A stretch of DNA of 61,760 nt, the filler included, from Streblomastix strix (lineage: Eukaryota), in assembly GCA_008636045.1 (NCBI GenBank). It is 3 parts of 3 records of this genome, joined end to end, with 100 filler letters (N's around TTAATTAATTAA, not from the genome) between each part and the next. Parts side by side here need not be neighbours in the genome. Positions count along the whole stretch, not along the records: positions 20,667 to 41,225 come from SNRW01000430.1; 2 more parts are not named here. One strand, written 5' to 3'. Position numbers and translations under genes: made by a program. Below the pieces are notes generated by a model. That model did not search any database. It was given only the letters and a program-made list of their open reading frames with translations, and was not told the origin of the DNA. Of this stretch, positions 22,860 through 35,251 are shown piece by piece; positions within the stretch are counted from its first letter, which is position 1; every line of letters starts with the position of its first letter.

Positions 22860-25045
22860 AAGTAATAAAACGATGACAAGCAGGAGACCGTCGCATAAAT
22901 AATTGCAAGATTGTAAAGTGAGATCGAACTATCTACAAAATTAAGACATAGAACGCCTGAAATACTTTTCTTAACGTGCTAGGAAGTGCCAACTACTTTC
23001 AAAACCGTCATTCGCGCTTGTGCTATTTCACTTCAAACTGAAAATGAGATAAAAGTCTACAGTATATTTTAAATGAAATGAGATTATTGAAGGGCAGCAA
23101 ATGTGCGCCTTAAGAAGTACGAATTCTGCAGCTCGAGGAAAAACTTTGTTGTTCCAACAAATAGCGATGGAATTAGAGCTACACACGCAAAATTATGACA
23201 TGATTTTATTTCGGTACATACACTTGATTCATCAGAAAATACTGAAAGTACAGGTTTGCAGAATAATTTTTTTAGTCGTTTTTTTTTAAATATAAATTTT
23301 TCATTAATTATCTTAAAGTTAAGGTAGTTAATTGATTCATATGAATCAATAAAGAGTGATACAATGATTTAGTCTCAAGAAATTGTTGCATATGTAAGTT
23401 TCATATATTTTTTGAAAGAAATACAAATTTTCTTTATCAAATTTTAACTTTTTTTTTATTTACAGCTATATACTAATTAGAATCCGAGATGAAAAAGGAT
23501 GATATACCATCAGTTATTGTTCAACATGAATATTAGAAATCGTTAACATAAGCTGGAAGATAGAGAGAGAAGTATTTATGGAATTAGCATTTTCATAATT
23601 CGAATGAAACTAACTAAATGCAACATGATCAATTTAACTTTCTTTCGAGTGATTCCTAATCAAATGATGAGAAGGAAATGAATGAATTATTCTCAAACTA
23701 GCAAAAAAATGAAATTAAACAACCAGGTGCAAGAAAGAAGTTAACCGATTCGGATTCTGAATATTCGATTTGCCTTTATTTGTAATCTTTAAGAGACAAA
23801 GAGTAAGTTGCAAATGCTGCTATATAATCTTAAGTTCAAACTTGAAATTTAAGAAGTCAAGACACTATTCCCGAATAATCGATATATAAAGAAGAATTGA
23901 GAATAGGATTTGCAAATGCTTTACGAAATTATGAAGATGCATAAATACCTGATGATAGACATATTGAATGCAGATCTAGTTAAACTTATTAACCTGAAAG
24001 TGAACCTCTGCTAAAACATGATGATGACTAAAGACTAAAATCAATGTAGTATTTTCATCCTATAACCGTTTAGTCAGATGTAAATGATGTTGAATTGAAG
24101 CACATAATTGCAGGTTAATACCAATTAGTTCCGAACAGTTGTCCAAAGTCATATATAGGAAATTATCAGTTAATTCCATAAAAACAATATTGCTATGGAC
24201 CTAAAATTGCACTATATAAAATATTCACTGAATTATTTCCATTTGCATCAACATCATTATCAAACTTCTATAACAAAACAAAGAATGTGATTGAGCCGAG
24301 GAATAGGACATATCTATGCTCTGATTGTCACATAAGTGAACAAATAGAAGCTTCTATGAGATCAAAAAATCTTACTACTGATTAACTAGACGAAGACAAA
24401 AGAGAATTCATGAGATTATTGGAAATCCATAAAATGAGGGCAAATCATCAATGACAAACGATGTATAGTGATGTTTTCAATGTGAGTCCTGGAGAAGTTG
24501 TACTATTAAGAGATTTTAAGCATAATATCTATTTACCTCTAGAAATTGATTAAAAGGGCTACTAATTCTTTGAGAACTAACCTATAACATGCTTATCAGT
24601 AGTTGCCCATTCATGCAATGATTATGGAATACATGTCAAAAGGGTGTACACATTGTTATCAAGATGTCTTACTCACACTACCGGATTTGTCTTAAAATGC
24701 CTCAAGTTAATATTTGCCCAACCAGAATTTTGGGGAATTAGTCATGCTACATGGTGGAGTGATGGTGGTCCAAATTTTAGAGATAAAAAATTTGTTTATG
24801 CCTTATTAAGTAATGAAAAACATTTTGTTAATGGTTGAACATTTTCTGTCAACTATTTCACTCCATCACATGGCAAGTCGGAAGTGGATAGTTGTTTTGG
24901 TTTCTTTAATCGTTTAATGAAAGTTGCCCTTCCTGAATAAGGAATAGAATCATTAAACGAACTTCTAACATTTCTTGAAGATTAAACGAACGAATACAAG
25001 AATGCTGATTAAGAAAATTAAAAGAAATGTAAATTCTTTAAGTAC
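22860..25045 (+). mobile_element. DDE-type transposase gene, Sola-like, with introns near the 5' end and in-frame TGA codons
   Basis: RTYLCSDCH, VVLLRDFKHN, TWWSDGGPNFRDK, VNYFTPSHGKSEVDSCFG; one frame from about 23465 to 25042. No TIRs identified. Confidence 0.7.
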
Positions 25046-25125
25046 ATTTTAAATAAAATTATTACTAAATTTTATTTATATATAATTAATTATTTTTCAT
25101 TTAATATATTTAATTTCTCTTATTT

Positions 25126-25688
25126 TGATAAATGAATTTCCTATTTTATTTTAATTCATATGGTATACGTTGTTTTTATCTTCTTTTGAATGGGTTCGAT
25201 TTGCGCTATATATGGTATCCTGTAGATAATCGTAATATATCTGCATGAAAAGGCAGTTAACGAAACTGATCTACCTTCTCTTTTATGAATGAAGATAAGT
25301 TAGGAGTAATTTCATTTAAAATTGTCCTTATACTCATTCTGAATTAATTTCTTTCAAGTGAATTGATAATTGAAAATGCTTACTCTTCTTATAAAGTTAG
25401 TTTGAAATCTTTTTGAATTGTTTTATCATTAATATTAAGTGCGTTATTTCCATTTCTTAGTACGTGTGAAGAAACAAGTCCTAACTTTTACGTATCCTCA
25501 AAAATTATTTTTTCCTTTCAGGAGAATCATCCCCTCTAATGACTTCGTACGATTTTATTACATTTGACAAAGTGGAATTATCGAAGGAGTGACGAGAAGA
25601 TTAATTTGGAAAGAACAGTTTAAAATTAACTCTTCCATGTTAATATAAACTTCTTCATCTTTGTGCGTCCTAATAGTATGGATATTTG
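25126..25688. repeat. Direct repeat copy 2 (~560 bp)
   Basis: Same orientation as 22148-22710; the minus-strand ORF extends 5' to about 25820 here. Confidence 0.95.
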
Positions 25689-26619
25689 GTTATTCGTTGG
25701 AATAGAAGACCAATATTTTCCAAATCATACTTTTGAGGAACAACAAACGGAGGATTTGGTATTTTTATCTTGTTCATATTGATAAATGCTTCTAATTCTT
25801 ATTAGCTTTATTTTTTCCATTAGTCAGTCCTACTTTTAATTTTTTCAATTTGTAGTAGTTGTGAAATTGTTAGTTTCTCATTTGAATTCCGTATAAATAA
25901 ATTCCAATAATAATAAAAATAGTGAAAAATAAAAAATTTATGTACAATATTTTGATCTGTCGGATATATTAGACTTCGTTTCTATAAGTTTAAGTCCATT
26001 ATAAAATTCCTTTGGTCTATATAAATTTTCTCCAACAAACAACAATAATAAAGTATATAATTATAGCAATGATAAAAACACACTCAAAAAAGGAATGGTT
26101 TTGTTCTGCGAACTCATATATAATCGCACCAAGAGCAAGTACGTCACTTTATTGTGTTTGTCTATAAATCATCGAAGGATAACTTCTATGAGGCACCATC
26201 TCAAATGCTGCATAATCCCTATAAAAGAACAATTTATATAGTGAAATTTAAATATAAAATAAATTCAAACATAATCTCAAATGCAAATGAAAAAGAATTA
26301 TGTTCATATTGGCTGTTGGATATAAATCATAATAGTTATTATATTAATAATTATTTACAGAAATTTATTAAAAAGAATTAACAAAATCTTAGTAAATATA
26401 TATATGTATTAAATAAAATAAAAAATTAAAATTTTTTATTAATTAAAAATTCTTAATAAATTTAATTTAAAAAAATTTTTTTTTAAATTTTTGTAATTAA
26501 AATTAATTTTTGAAAAATTTTTAAATAATTTATTATTGTGATATTAATCAGTAAATAATATAAATCTTTTAAAATTTTTGATTGGAAATATTCAGTTATG
26601 TAACTTGTACAATCGTTTA

Positions 26620-27090
26620 AGTTAAAATGTATGCTACCATTGGAACTGATCCGTAATACGCCATTGGTGTTGAACAATTTTATTCTATTTTGAAAATAAA
26701 TATAATTAAATTGTAATAAGAACACAGCATACCAAACTGAACTATGTATGTACTTGGATGTAAAATCGTCTTAGGTCTCAAATTTCCATAGACATTTCCA
26801 TCATGCTTCTTGTGAATATCATTCATTTCTTCACAACACATGGCAAAGACATCAAATATTCTCTAACATATATAATAAAATAATTTAAAAATTTGAAAAT
26901 AGATATCATATAGATTCGGTTGGCATAGCCTGTAAATTCTTTAATTCCTTTTCCTCGTTTAAAAGCGTCTTAATTATACATTCAATTTCGAATTCAGTTT
27001 ACCAAGCAGATGCCCTGTCTGAAGCAGATAATGAGCCTGAAAAAAATTGATTTTCTCCTATCAGACGATATGGGACCTCTTGTTCAAATT
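26620..27090 (-). pseudogene. Possible degenerate protein-kinase fragment
   Basis: RIFDVFAMCCEEMNDIHKKHDGNVYGNLRPKTIL resembles kinase helix E plus the catalytic loop (HGDLKPxNIL). Confidence 0.3.
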
Positions 27091-27109
27091 TACATATAAT
27101 ATATGGCAC

Positions 27110-27860
27110 GTTTTAGTCGATACAACAAAATATAACATATATATTCGGAGCATCGGTTCCAACTAATGCAATCACTTAATCACCCTGTTTTGGTCTTGCT
27201 TCTTGTGGATAACTTTTAAATAAATATCCATTCGGAAATACACCTGCTGTTGCATATGATGCTGTCAGTGTAATTCTATCACCATAAACGATTAATTATG
27301 AGTCTGAATCATTGGAAGCTAAGAAACTTTTTCGCTCTGATTATGAACTCAAATCCAATTTCATTATTGCATTCGGCACTAGTTGTTCGAACGCATCATT
27401 TGAGTCATCGCCTGAACCATAGATAATATCATCGATATTTTCACCTGTTAATGCAGAGTTAGGTTTCTAATAGGTAAAAGTTGTGGCTGCTCACCAATCG
27501 GCTTAGGATATCGTTCTTTGATATATGCGTATAATTCTAGGAGGTCAGATAAACCAGGAGCGTCTAATAATCTTTTATCGATATAAACGTTCGACATTTA
27601 TATTCAATAAAAATAAATAATTAATCCAAATAATTAACCTCAATCTGGGTTTTCATTTAAATCATGTAGCAATTGCACATTAAATGTATGTATTTGTTGT
27701 TGATTTTAAGGAAATAAGTCCATTTGAATGAGTAATCGATACTAAACTACCTTTATCAACGGTATGATTCGGAAATTGGATATATGTCATAACAGCTGCA
27801 TAATCCAACACTAAATAATCAGGATTAAAAGTTTCATCGTGCAGGAATTGGCTCGCAATT
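27110..27860 (-). pseudogene. Relics of two small intronless ORFs, possibly virus-like structural or fibre proteins
   Basis: MSNVYIDKRLLDAPGLSDLLELYAYIKERYPKP...VYGDRITLTASY...YLFKSYPQEARPK (frameshifted) and ...HSNGLISLKSTTNTYIQCAIAT*FK*; beta-rich and reminiscent of fibre-tip domains. Confidence 0.3.
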
Positions 27861-29080
27861 AGTAGGAGGTGCTCTAGTCGCATGTATAGTAGAAAATGAA
27901 TGGAATAAATGAATAAAAGAGCTCATACACGAGGACGACTGAAATGTTTAATTTTTTGCTGAATTTAACACATCTTTGTATAAACTAGGTGTTCTATTTA
28001 TAAGAACACATAATATTAAAGCATATAAATATTAATTATAGTATAATTCTAATAAAATAGATGAAATAACATATTTATTTGATTTTTATTTTCTTAAATT
28101 GTCAACCATATAAACGCAGTAAACTTTAAAAAACGAATATATGTTTCTGTATCTATTCATTAACCTCTTTTTCTTCATTTCACAGAATTCATTCATATCC
28201 ATCAACTTTTCTCAATTCAAGTAGGATTATTTCACAACTGGGTACTTTCTTCATAACTGGGAACACTTTTCTGTTTTCAAACTTATTGATTCGATTTGGT
28301 TGAAATTAATACAACTGGTAGAGTGTCGAAAATAAATAATGCATTTTTTTTCTAAACTAAAATTATAAGCTCATTGGTTCGGGAAAAGCGCAGAAAAACT
28401 CGATGTCTTAATTTTTTGGATATGTTAAAATTTCAAAATTCCATTGGTTTATCATTTGTAACTGCATGCACATGTAACGAATAATACACTAACATAATTT
28501 TTAGCTCAACGCTGGTTGCGTGGAACCTTACATAAAATTGCTCAATGCTGATTATAGCATGTATTAAATAATTGTATTGGTTTTATATTTAATTTTCATC
28601 TATTTGCACATATTATTGTCGAATCTTCATTTATATAGAAATTTTTCGATACATACATATAAAATTTGACTTTTTATAATTTTCTGACAAAAACTTTTAT
28701 ATTTCTTTATTCACAAATAATTTCTTTTCCAATTTAGTTTAATTCTTAATATAAATTAATGATAAATATATTAAGATATAATTTAATATATATTTATTTA
28801 TAGGGTAACTAAAACGTGAGGAACAAAACAAAAATATAAAAATATTGAAATTTACTTCACAAATAAATTCTAAACTTATGAAAAACATTTAATTATGTTT
28901 TATTTATTTTTCTGCATATAAATTTATTACTAAACAAAATAATAACGATCAATAAAAAAAATTTTATAAATATTCTATTTTTTATTACCTATTTTCTTAC
29001 ATTATATTCAATTATTTTTCTTACAAATAATATTTTTTCTTCTATTTTATTTTTTTACAAATCGTTTTATTAAAGTTTTT

Positions 29081-29680
29081 GCTGGAAAGATGATATATAG
29101 CAAAGGCGGATGATTCAAAGTATATAAAAATGACAAATTTGAATAGCAAACTCTATACTTCTTTCCGCATGAATTCAAACTTCTGGATCCTCACTAAAGA
29201 TTATCTTTTGAAGTTGCTTATGAGACATTTGAAGATGTAAGCATTACTCTGCCTGAAATGAATGGATCAAAACAGAAGCACATGTTGGAATCTCTGCAAC
29301 TGATTACTCATATTTATAATTCTAGGACGTCAATACAATTGATGTTCACACACAAATTGGAATATCTTCATCAATAATAGTTAATAAACTTTCTTATTTC
29401 TATAATCTATTGGGTCCTTCATTCATAATAGATATAGCATGCTCATCCACACTTTTTTCGTTGAATTGCACATGTCAATCTATTCGTAATGGTGAATGCA
29501 GATCAGCTTTATGTGGTGCAGATAATCTGAAAAGGTTTCTTGAGATTACAATTCGAATCAGTGAATTAAGAGTACTCTCTCCAGATGGATAATGTAAAGC
29601 TTTTGATGATTCAGCCAATGGATATGTGAGATCTGAAGGTGCTGGATTACTTTCTTTGAAACCACTCTTTGATGCATAAA
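29081..29680 (+). pseudogene. Type I polyketide/fatty-acid synthase ketosynthase (KS) domain fragment
   Basis: LLDPHQRLSFEVAYETFED, KLSYFYNLLGPSFIIDIACSSTL (active-site Cys 29440-29442), LSPDGQCKAFDDSANGYVRSEGAG. Confidence 0.9.
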
Positions 29681-32600
29681 CAGTATGATGTAGAATATGA
29701 CTTTGCTCCATTTGTAATTGAACGCGTTATGGATGTGTGTCTCCAGATTGTTGAGATCTACTATCACATCGTTATTGATTAGTTTATTATACTGTGTTGC
29801 GAATATGTCTATCCGTGGCATGTAGTTCCATGTCTTGCAGATCATTTAAATCATTCCGTCCGTCAGCGTGTAGTCTCCTCATCTGCGCAGTTTCGAGAAT
29901 GAGTCTATTGTTGAGTTCAATTTTCCTGGGATGTTGATTGTTGCGATTTATAATTGAAGTCTTTTCACTAGGTAAATTACTTGTTTTATTCTTTCTATCA
30001 GGAATTCCTTCACTTTCCATTTCCCAATATCGTAGACTGCTGTTGTGTTGTCTGAATGTATCAAAACTACCTGATCTTGCATCTTCTTGAAAACTTGCTC
30101 GAAACGAAGTAGCCCGTAATAAATAGTTTTAATTTCCTTAGCACTGCAAGTTATTTGTACTTTTTTTTCGCTTTATCAGTCGTGTTGTACTAATTCTATT
30201 TGATTATCGTATATCAGCATTGCTACCCAACCCTGTGGTGATGCGTCTATTGTTGACATGCATGTTACTGTTTTGTTAATCAATAACTCTGGTTGATTAT
30301 CTCCTATTCTCCTTAAGCACCATTCCAGTTCTCTGATTACTACTCTGTTTACTATCGTTGTCTCGTCCCATGATTTTGTCTTCAATGCTTGTGTCTTCGC
30401 TTTATCCAATTTCATTAGATACGGAGACGCTTCTTTTATATAGGGTCTAAGGAAGTTTATTCTGCCTATCAGCGCTGCTACTTATCTTATCTTCACGCTT
30501 TTATTTTTATATGTTGCGTTGCACCTGTCCTTCAATGCTTGAATCTTTTTCAACTTTCTTTCTTATGACATTCTTATATTCATTTCCTTCAGATTCCACA
30601 TCTATCCCAAGAATGTTATTATCTATTTCTGTTCTGTTTCGCATTTCTCTGCTGATATTGTCCATCCGAACTGTTTCAATGTTCTCATTATTTCAATTGT
30701 TTATGTTTTAAATATTTATTTGTCTTAGTGGATTAGAAGTATGTCATCGCAGTAGTTCAGAATTTTAATTTCTGAATGTATTCATATTTATCTAAGGATT
30801 TATTTTATTTCTTCTGCGAAGAAGATTGAACTATGATTAGTCCCAAAAAGCTTTTTTAATGCATAATTTTAAAATTAAATGCTAGGTATGGTATTGAGTT
30901 TGGAGATACTGTGATGTGGTGAAATGCTGATTTGTTATCGAGGGATGTTGCATAATCCATTTATTTTGCTAGATTATGGACTTCTTCTAGTCCATGCATT
31001 TTAAAGCGTAATTTATCTATTTTCTTATTCAACTTATTCGTACCCAGAATCTTTCTCCATGTTCAATTGGATTTCATTATCAGGAATGTATGATTCCACC
31101 ATTTCACTTAGTCCTATCAAATAGGCATCACTATTCCTTCTTCCAATTCTTCCTTCAACATTTCTTGATAGACTTCTTTCTCTTCTTCCGTTCCTCTAAG
31201 TGAGATTATCATTTTATTTTCATCTAATCTCTATTAACTGTTTAAGTCTTTGAATCTCAGATAAAATCCAGTGTTTATGAAATCTTCTTTCCCTATCTGT
31301 TTCCATGCTTATATGAATCTTTTAGTCTTTCCTCCCATTCCGTTTTCCTTTTCTTTATATATCAATTCTCCAATCCTTTCCTCCATCTCCTGAGGTGCTG
31401 TCCTCATCAGCTCGCTTCTCTACTCTGTTCCAGATGGAGATCTCTACGCTGATCTCCCTTAGTTGGAACGTCCCTGCCCGACCAGGGGCTCTACTCCCAT
31501 TCATCCTCATCGTTAGAGTTTTCTGGTTCTGATATAACCTATTTGGCTTTTTTCGTGCCTTCTTTGGGCGTAACCTTATGTTTTGGAACTGTGGATGTTG
31601 TTTATGTTTGAGCTTGGGCATTGTTGCCCTAGTTTTATTACTCAGAGGCATTCAAACCTTCTGTTTTTGATTTTTTACTTCCTCTTCCTTTCTTAAGCTT
31701 CACCTGTACTCCAACTAGAGCAAGGCCTGGATTATCTTTATCCATTTAACTAAAAGCATTTAAGCCTTGACTATTATATGGTTGTGTACCCAGATTCTCT
31801 TAAACTGGGAGCTATGAAATTATTCTAACTCTATAGTCTTTGCTTTGGATTAGAGCTGTTTCATTGGTTTATTCATCTTCTTCCTCTTCAGCATTATCCT
31901 CTTGGCCTTCATTTATTTAAGGATCTGTTCTTTCCTTATTACTGGCTGATATTGATCCCGTTTCTTTTAGCCTCAGCTCTGCATTAATACTTGGGCTCTG
32001 AGCACCGGAACACGGTTACAAACCAGTTAACTGTCCAATAGTTCCCTGAATAACAGATATATCAACGTTCATGTTGTTGAGATAATTTTTTCCTTATTGT
32101 AGAAGCTATTGACTTGCTTGTAATTATTTCAATTCTCTCCAAAATATCTTTTATCTTTATTTAACTCCTCCTTTATGAGCAGTTTTCTATGTTGTGATAT
32201 CAAGTCATTGTGTTAAGCTACTTTATTTGTCCTTGTTTATTCACGTACTAATTATCCTTGGCACTGATGAAACTATCTTTCATTAAGCTTTAAAGCTAGC
32301 TATTTATTATTGAATTTGTTATTTTGCAACTTAGTTGAAGACTGATTATTAATTCATTTGTTATTATTATTATTGTTGGGCTTATTTGGATGTATGGGAA
32401 TTATTATTATCTATTTCTGCAATTACTTGTTGCTAATCGTTCTCTGAGTCAGATATACCATATTATTCTTTATCTTTTTATAGAGCAGCTAACTTCACTT
32501 GTAGTATTTCTTATTCATCAATGTCGTCTTGATTTGACGGTGCATCTTTTGTACCTCTCTATCTTGGTATTTAGACTGGGGCCTGTTATTTTGGTTATAT

Positions 32601-34685
32601 TTGTACATGTTATATTCGTTAAGTTTGTTTGACTGATTACTTTGGTTATGGTGCTGTTATTTGATTTTGAGGGACTTCATCTTCTGTCCAGTTTGAGTCT
32701 CTATCACTATGGTTTTCAGGCGGATCTTTTTGCATTTGTGTCCGTTTTGTCCACTCATCATTTGAGTTGTCATACCAGCCTACTCCTCTATTCCTGTTAT
32801 AATATTAGTGTATCCTATTCCAGTTTAGTGGATACTTTGTCTTGCTAAAGATCTATTTTGTATTTGGATTATACTTTTTTGCTTCTCTATTTCACTCTTA
32901 ATATGATTGTTCTTTATCTTAATAGCTTTATCTTTTTCCATAGTAGTTAGAATCCCTTCCTCTAAACGCTCCCCGGCCTCTGCCACTCGGTTCGCCTCAG
33001 GTTTCAAATCCATTCTAATTTCCATCGTCATCCATTCTAGTTTCTCATGAACCTTAGTAGTCTCTCGATCTCAAATAACCTCTTGATCCTGATCATTATC
33101 TTGATTAGCATCTTCTGTCGGTGGAGTCATATCTTGATCTCTTGTTGCGCGGTGATATGGATTTACTTTTATGTCTTCCAAATCTATTTCTAAATTCCTG
33201 TCTTGATGTTTTTGCAGGTTGTAATGTATCTGAGTCGTCTTTTGAATCATATTCTTTCCTTACACATGCTACTTTCAAATCAAAATTGTATTCTCTCTAA
33301 AATGCTCTAACTTCATCCATCGAAGGTGTTTAACCTTATTGTTTTGACTTTCTCCAATTTGTCGCATGTGGTACACGTGGACCAAAGCCTGGCCAATACT
33401 GTCCTTCATCAACCTTGCCTACTGGAATTAGATCGAATCCTTTAAGCATCCAACTACACATGCGATCTTTGATAGTTTCTGTCGTCATTACATTTAAAAT
33501 TTCTGGTATTTATTATTCTGCATTCAATGCAGGAAGGAAAATCGTTAACTATAGTATCGTTGCGTTTCTTGATGCACATAGTCCTGTTGGTCCTTGTCCT
33601 GGTGGAGGTTGTCCTCACGGTCCTGAGTTTGGAGGTAACTTATCGTTATGCGCTATTGTAATCTGGATTTCTTGGTTTTGTTCAAGGGCCTGGTTCTCGT
33701 TTTAGTACAAAATTGGTCTAATTATTTGTTTCCAGATTACTGATGGTGTTAATTGGCAAAATCTTTTAGTTTTGACTCTTTCTTTTCCCAGCTGCTGGAT
33801 TCCGAACAGTAAATTCGTAACTCCTGTCGTTTCTTTGTTCGCTATTTTGCTCCATGCAATGATTTGTGCTCCCAGCATGATTGATATTGTTTCGCTATTC
33901 AAGTGTAAGTTAATTGAATTCGCACCCAAGTAATAATAGTTTGCGTTGGCCAAATTTTCGTTTTACGATCTTGCAAAGTGCGTCCACTCGGCTTCCCTTA
34001 TGTTACGGATCATCTAACTAAGTACTTCGATTGCCAGTTGTTCCTGTTGCTGTTCACACAAGTGTGCCAGTATTCCTTCACCTATTCTGAAGTTGTATAA
34101 CGCCAGTGCTTGCTCGCTCTGCAAAATTTTGTCGATCGGACTGCGCTTCGAGTCTAGTACTTCGTCTGGTACTGGTACCGATGTAATGGATAGTTGCGAA
34201 ATGCATTATATCTCCCTTCTCCAAACTTCGCCGTTCTGTTCGTAAAGGATGTTTGTCGCCCAAAAATCAGTCTCACTCGCTTGTACGTCAGTCATCTCTT
34301 CCAAGACCTTTGCCAAAAGCGTCTGCGTCCTCTCACTGACCGCCTGTCTCGAAGTTAGTTGTCGCTCGATGTCCTGTAGCGTCGGCTGCAGCTCGGACTG
34401 ATGAAACTTCCCGATCTCGTCTCCCATCTCCGGTAGCTCGTTAATGGTTGTGACAGGTATCTTTGCAGTGAACTTCGGTGGGTAGAAATTCACAAATAGT
34501 CCCGGCTCTGACGGTTCCGGTTTTATTGAACTATTTGATATTTTTGAAAATGGCCATCTCATAGATCGGATGCCTGTTCGTGCACCGATCATATTGAAGC
34601 CACAATGGTATCTCAATAAAGAGGTGGGATAAGGAGAGAAGGGGGTAACCTATTATTATCCTCGTCTCCCTTGGAGACAGGGTAA
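29681..34685 (-). mobile_element. Decayed DIRS-like retrotransposon (gag-like ORF, RT, RNase H, methyltransferase-like domain); 3' truncated, no tyrosine recombinase seen
   Basis: ORF1 MRWPFSK from 34562. RT: WWNHTFLI..WRKIL, ATSLDNKSAFHHI, NYCDDILL (~30738-30760). RNase H: STIDASPQGW, IHSDNTTAVY. MT: IDIFATQYNK..NAFNYKW. Many frameshifts. Confidence 0.85.
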
Positions 34686-35251
34686 GTATTATAATAAAGA
34701 TAAAATGTAAGTTCTTTGAAAAAGATGATTAAGATTATTTTAATACTCATTTATCGTTAGCAAATTTTGAATTTATTCATTTTTATTTATATGAACATGC
34801 TTCCATATACCTCATTTATATGTCCAATACTTTTCTGTCATTAAAGTAATTGTCCAGCGATTTTCCATTATTTCTTATCTAGGCTCGCAATCGGCTCTAT
34901 TTTATTTACATGGGTGCAATACATGATATTTTTTATAACTTCTCCATATTTACGACAGAAAGTCTGATTTCAATATGTGGCGAGTGTTGGAACAAAAAAG
35001 AAAAAAACCCGAGTTTTGTCTTCAAAATCAATCATAGTATATGTATTTCTAAATCAAACTCTGCATAAATATATTTTTACTAACATTTAAACCGATTTAA
35101 ACAGTTTCCTTATTTATTTTATCGCTTGGCGTGGCATTTTATGATTTCTACACAATAATCTTTTTTTCACCCACATTTTGACTAAATAACACATAAATAT
35201 CAAATAATTATTTTTATTTTGTAGTAAATAGCCTTAAATAAATTACATATT

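Noticed and set aside
29100..31150. TGA codons in the PKS relic, DIRS RT and 27.6-kb relic as code evidence
   Set aside because: These are decayed or frameshifted pseudogenes where TGA falls at Trp- or Gly-like sites; ordinary nonsense decay, so excluded from the UGA=Arg argument.
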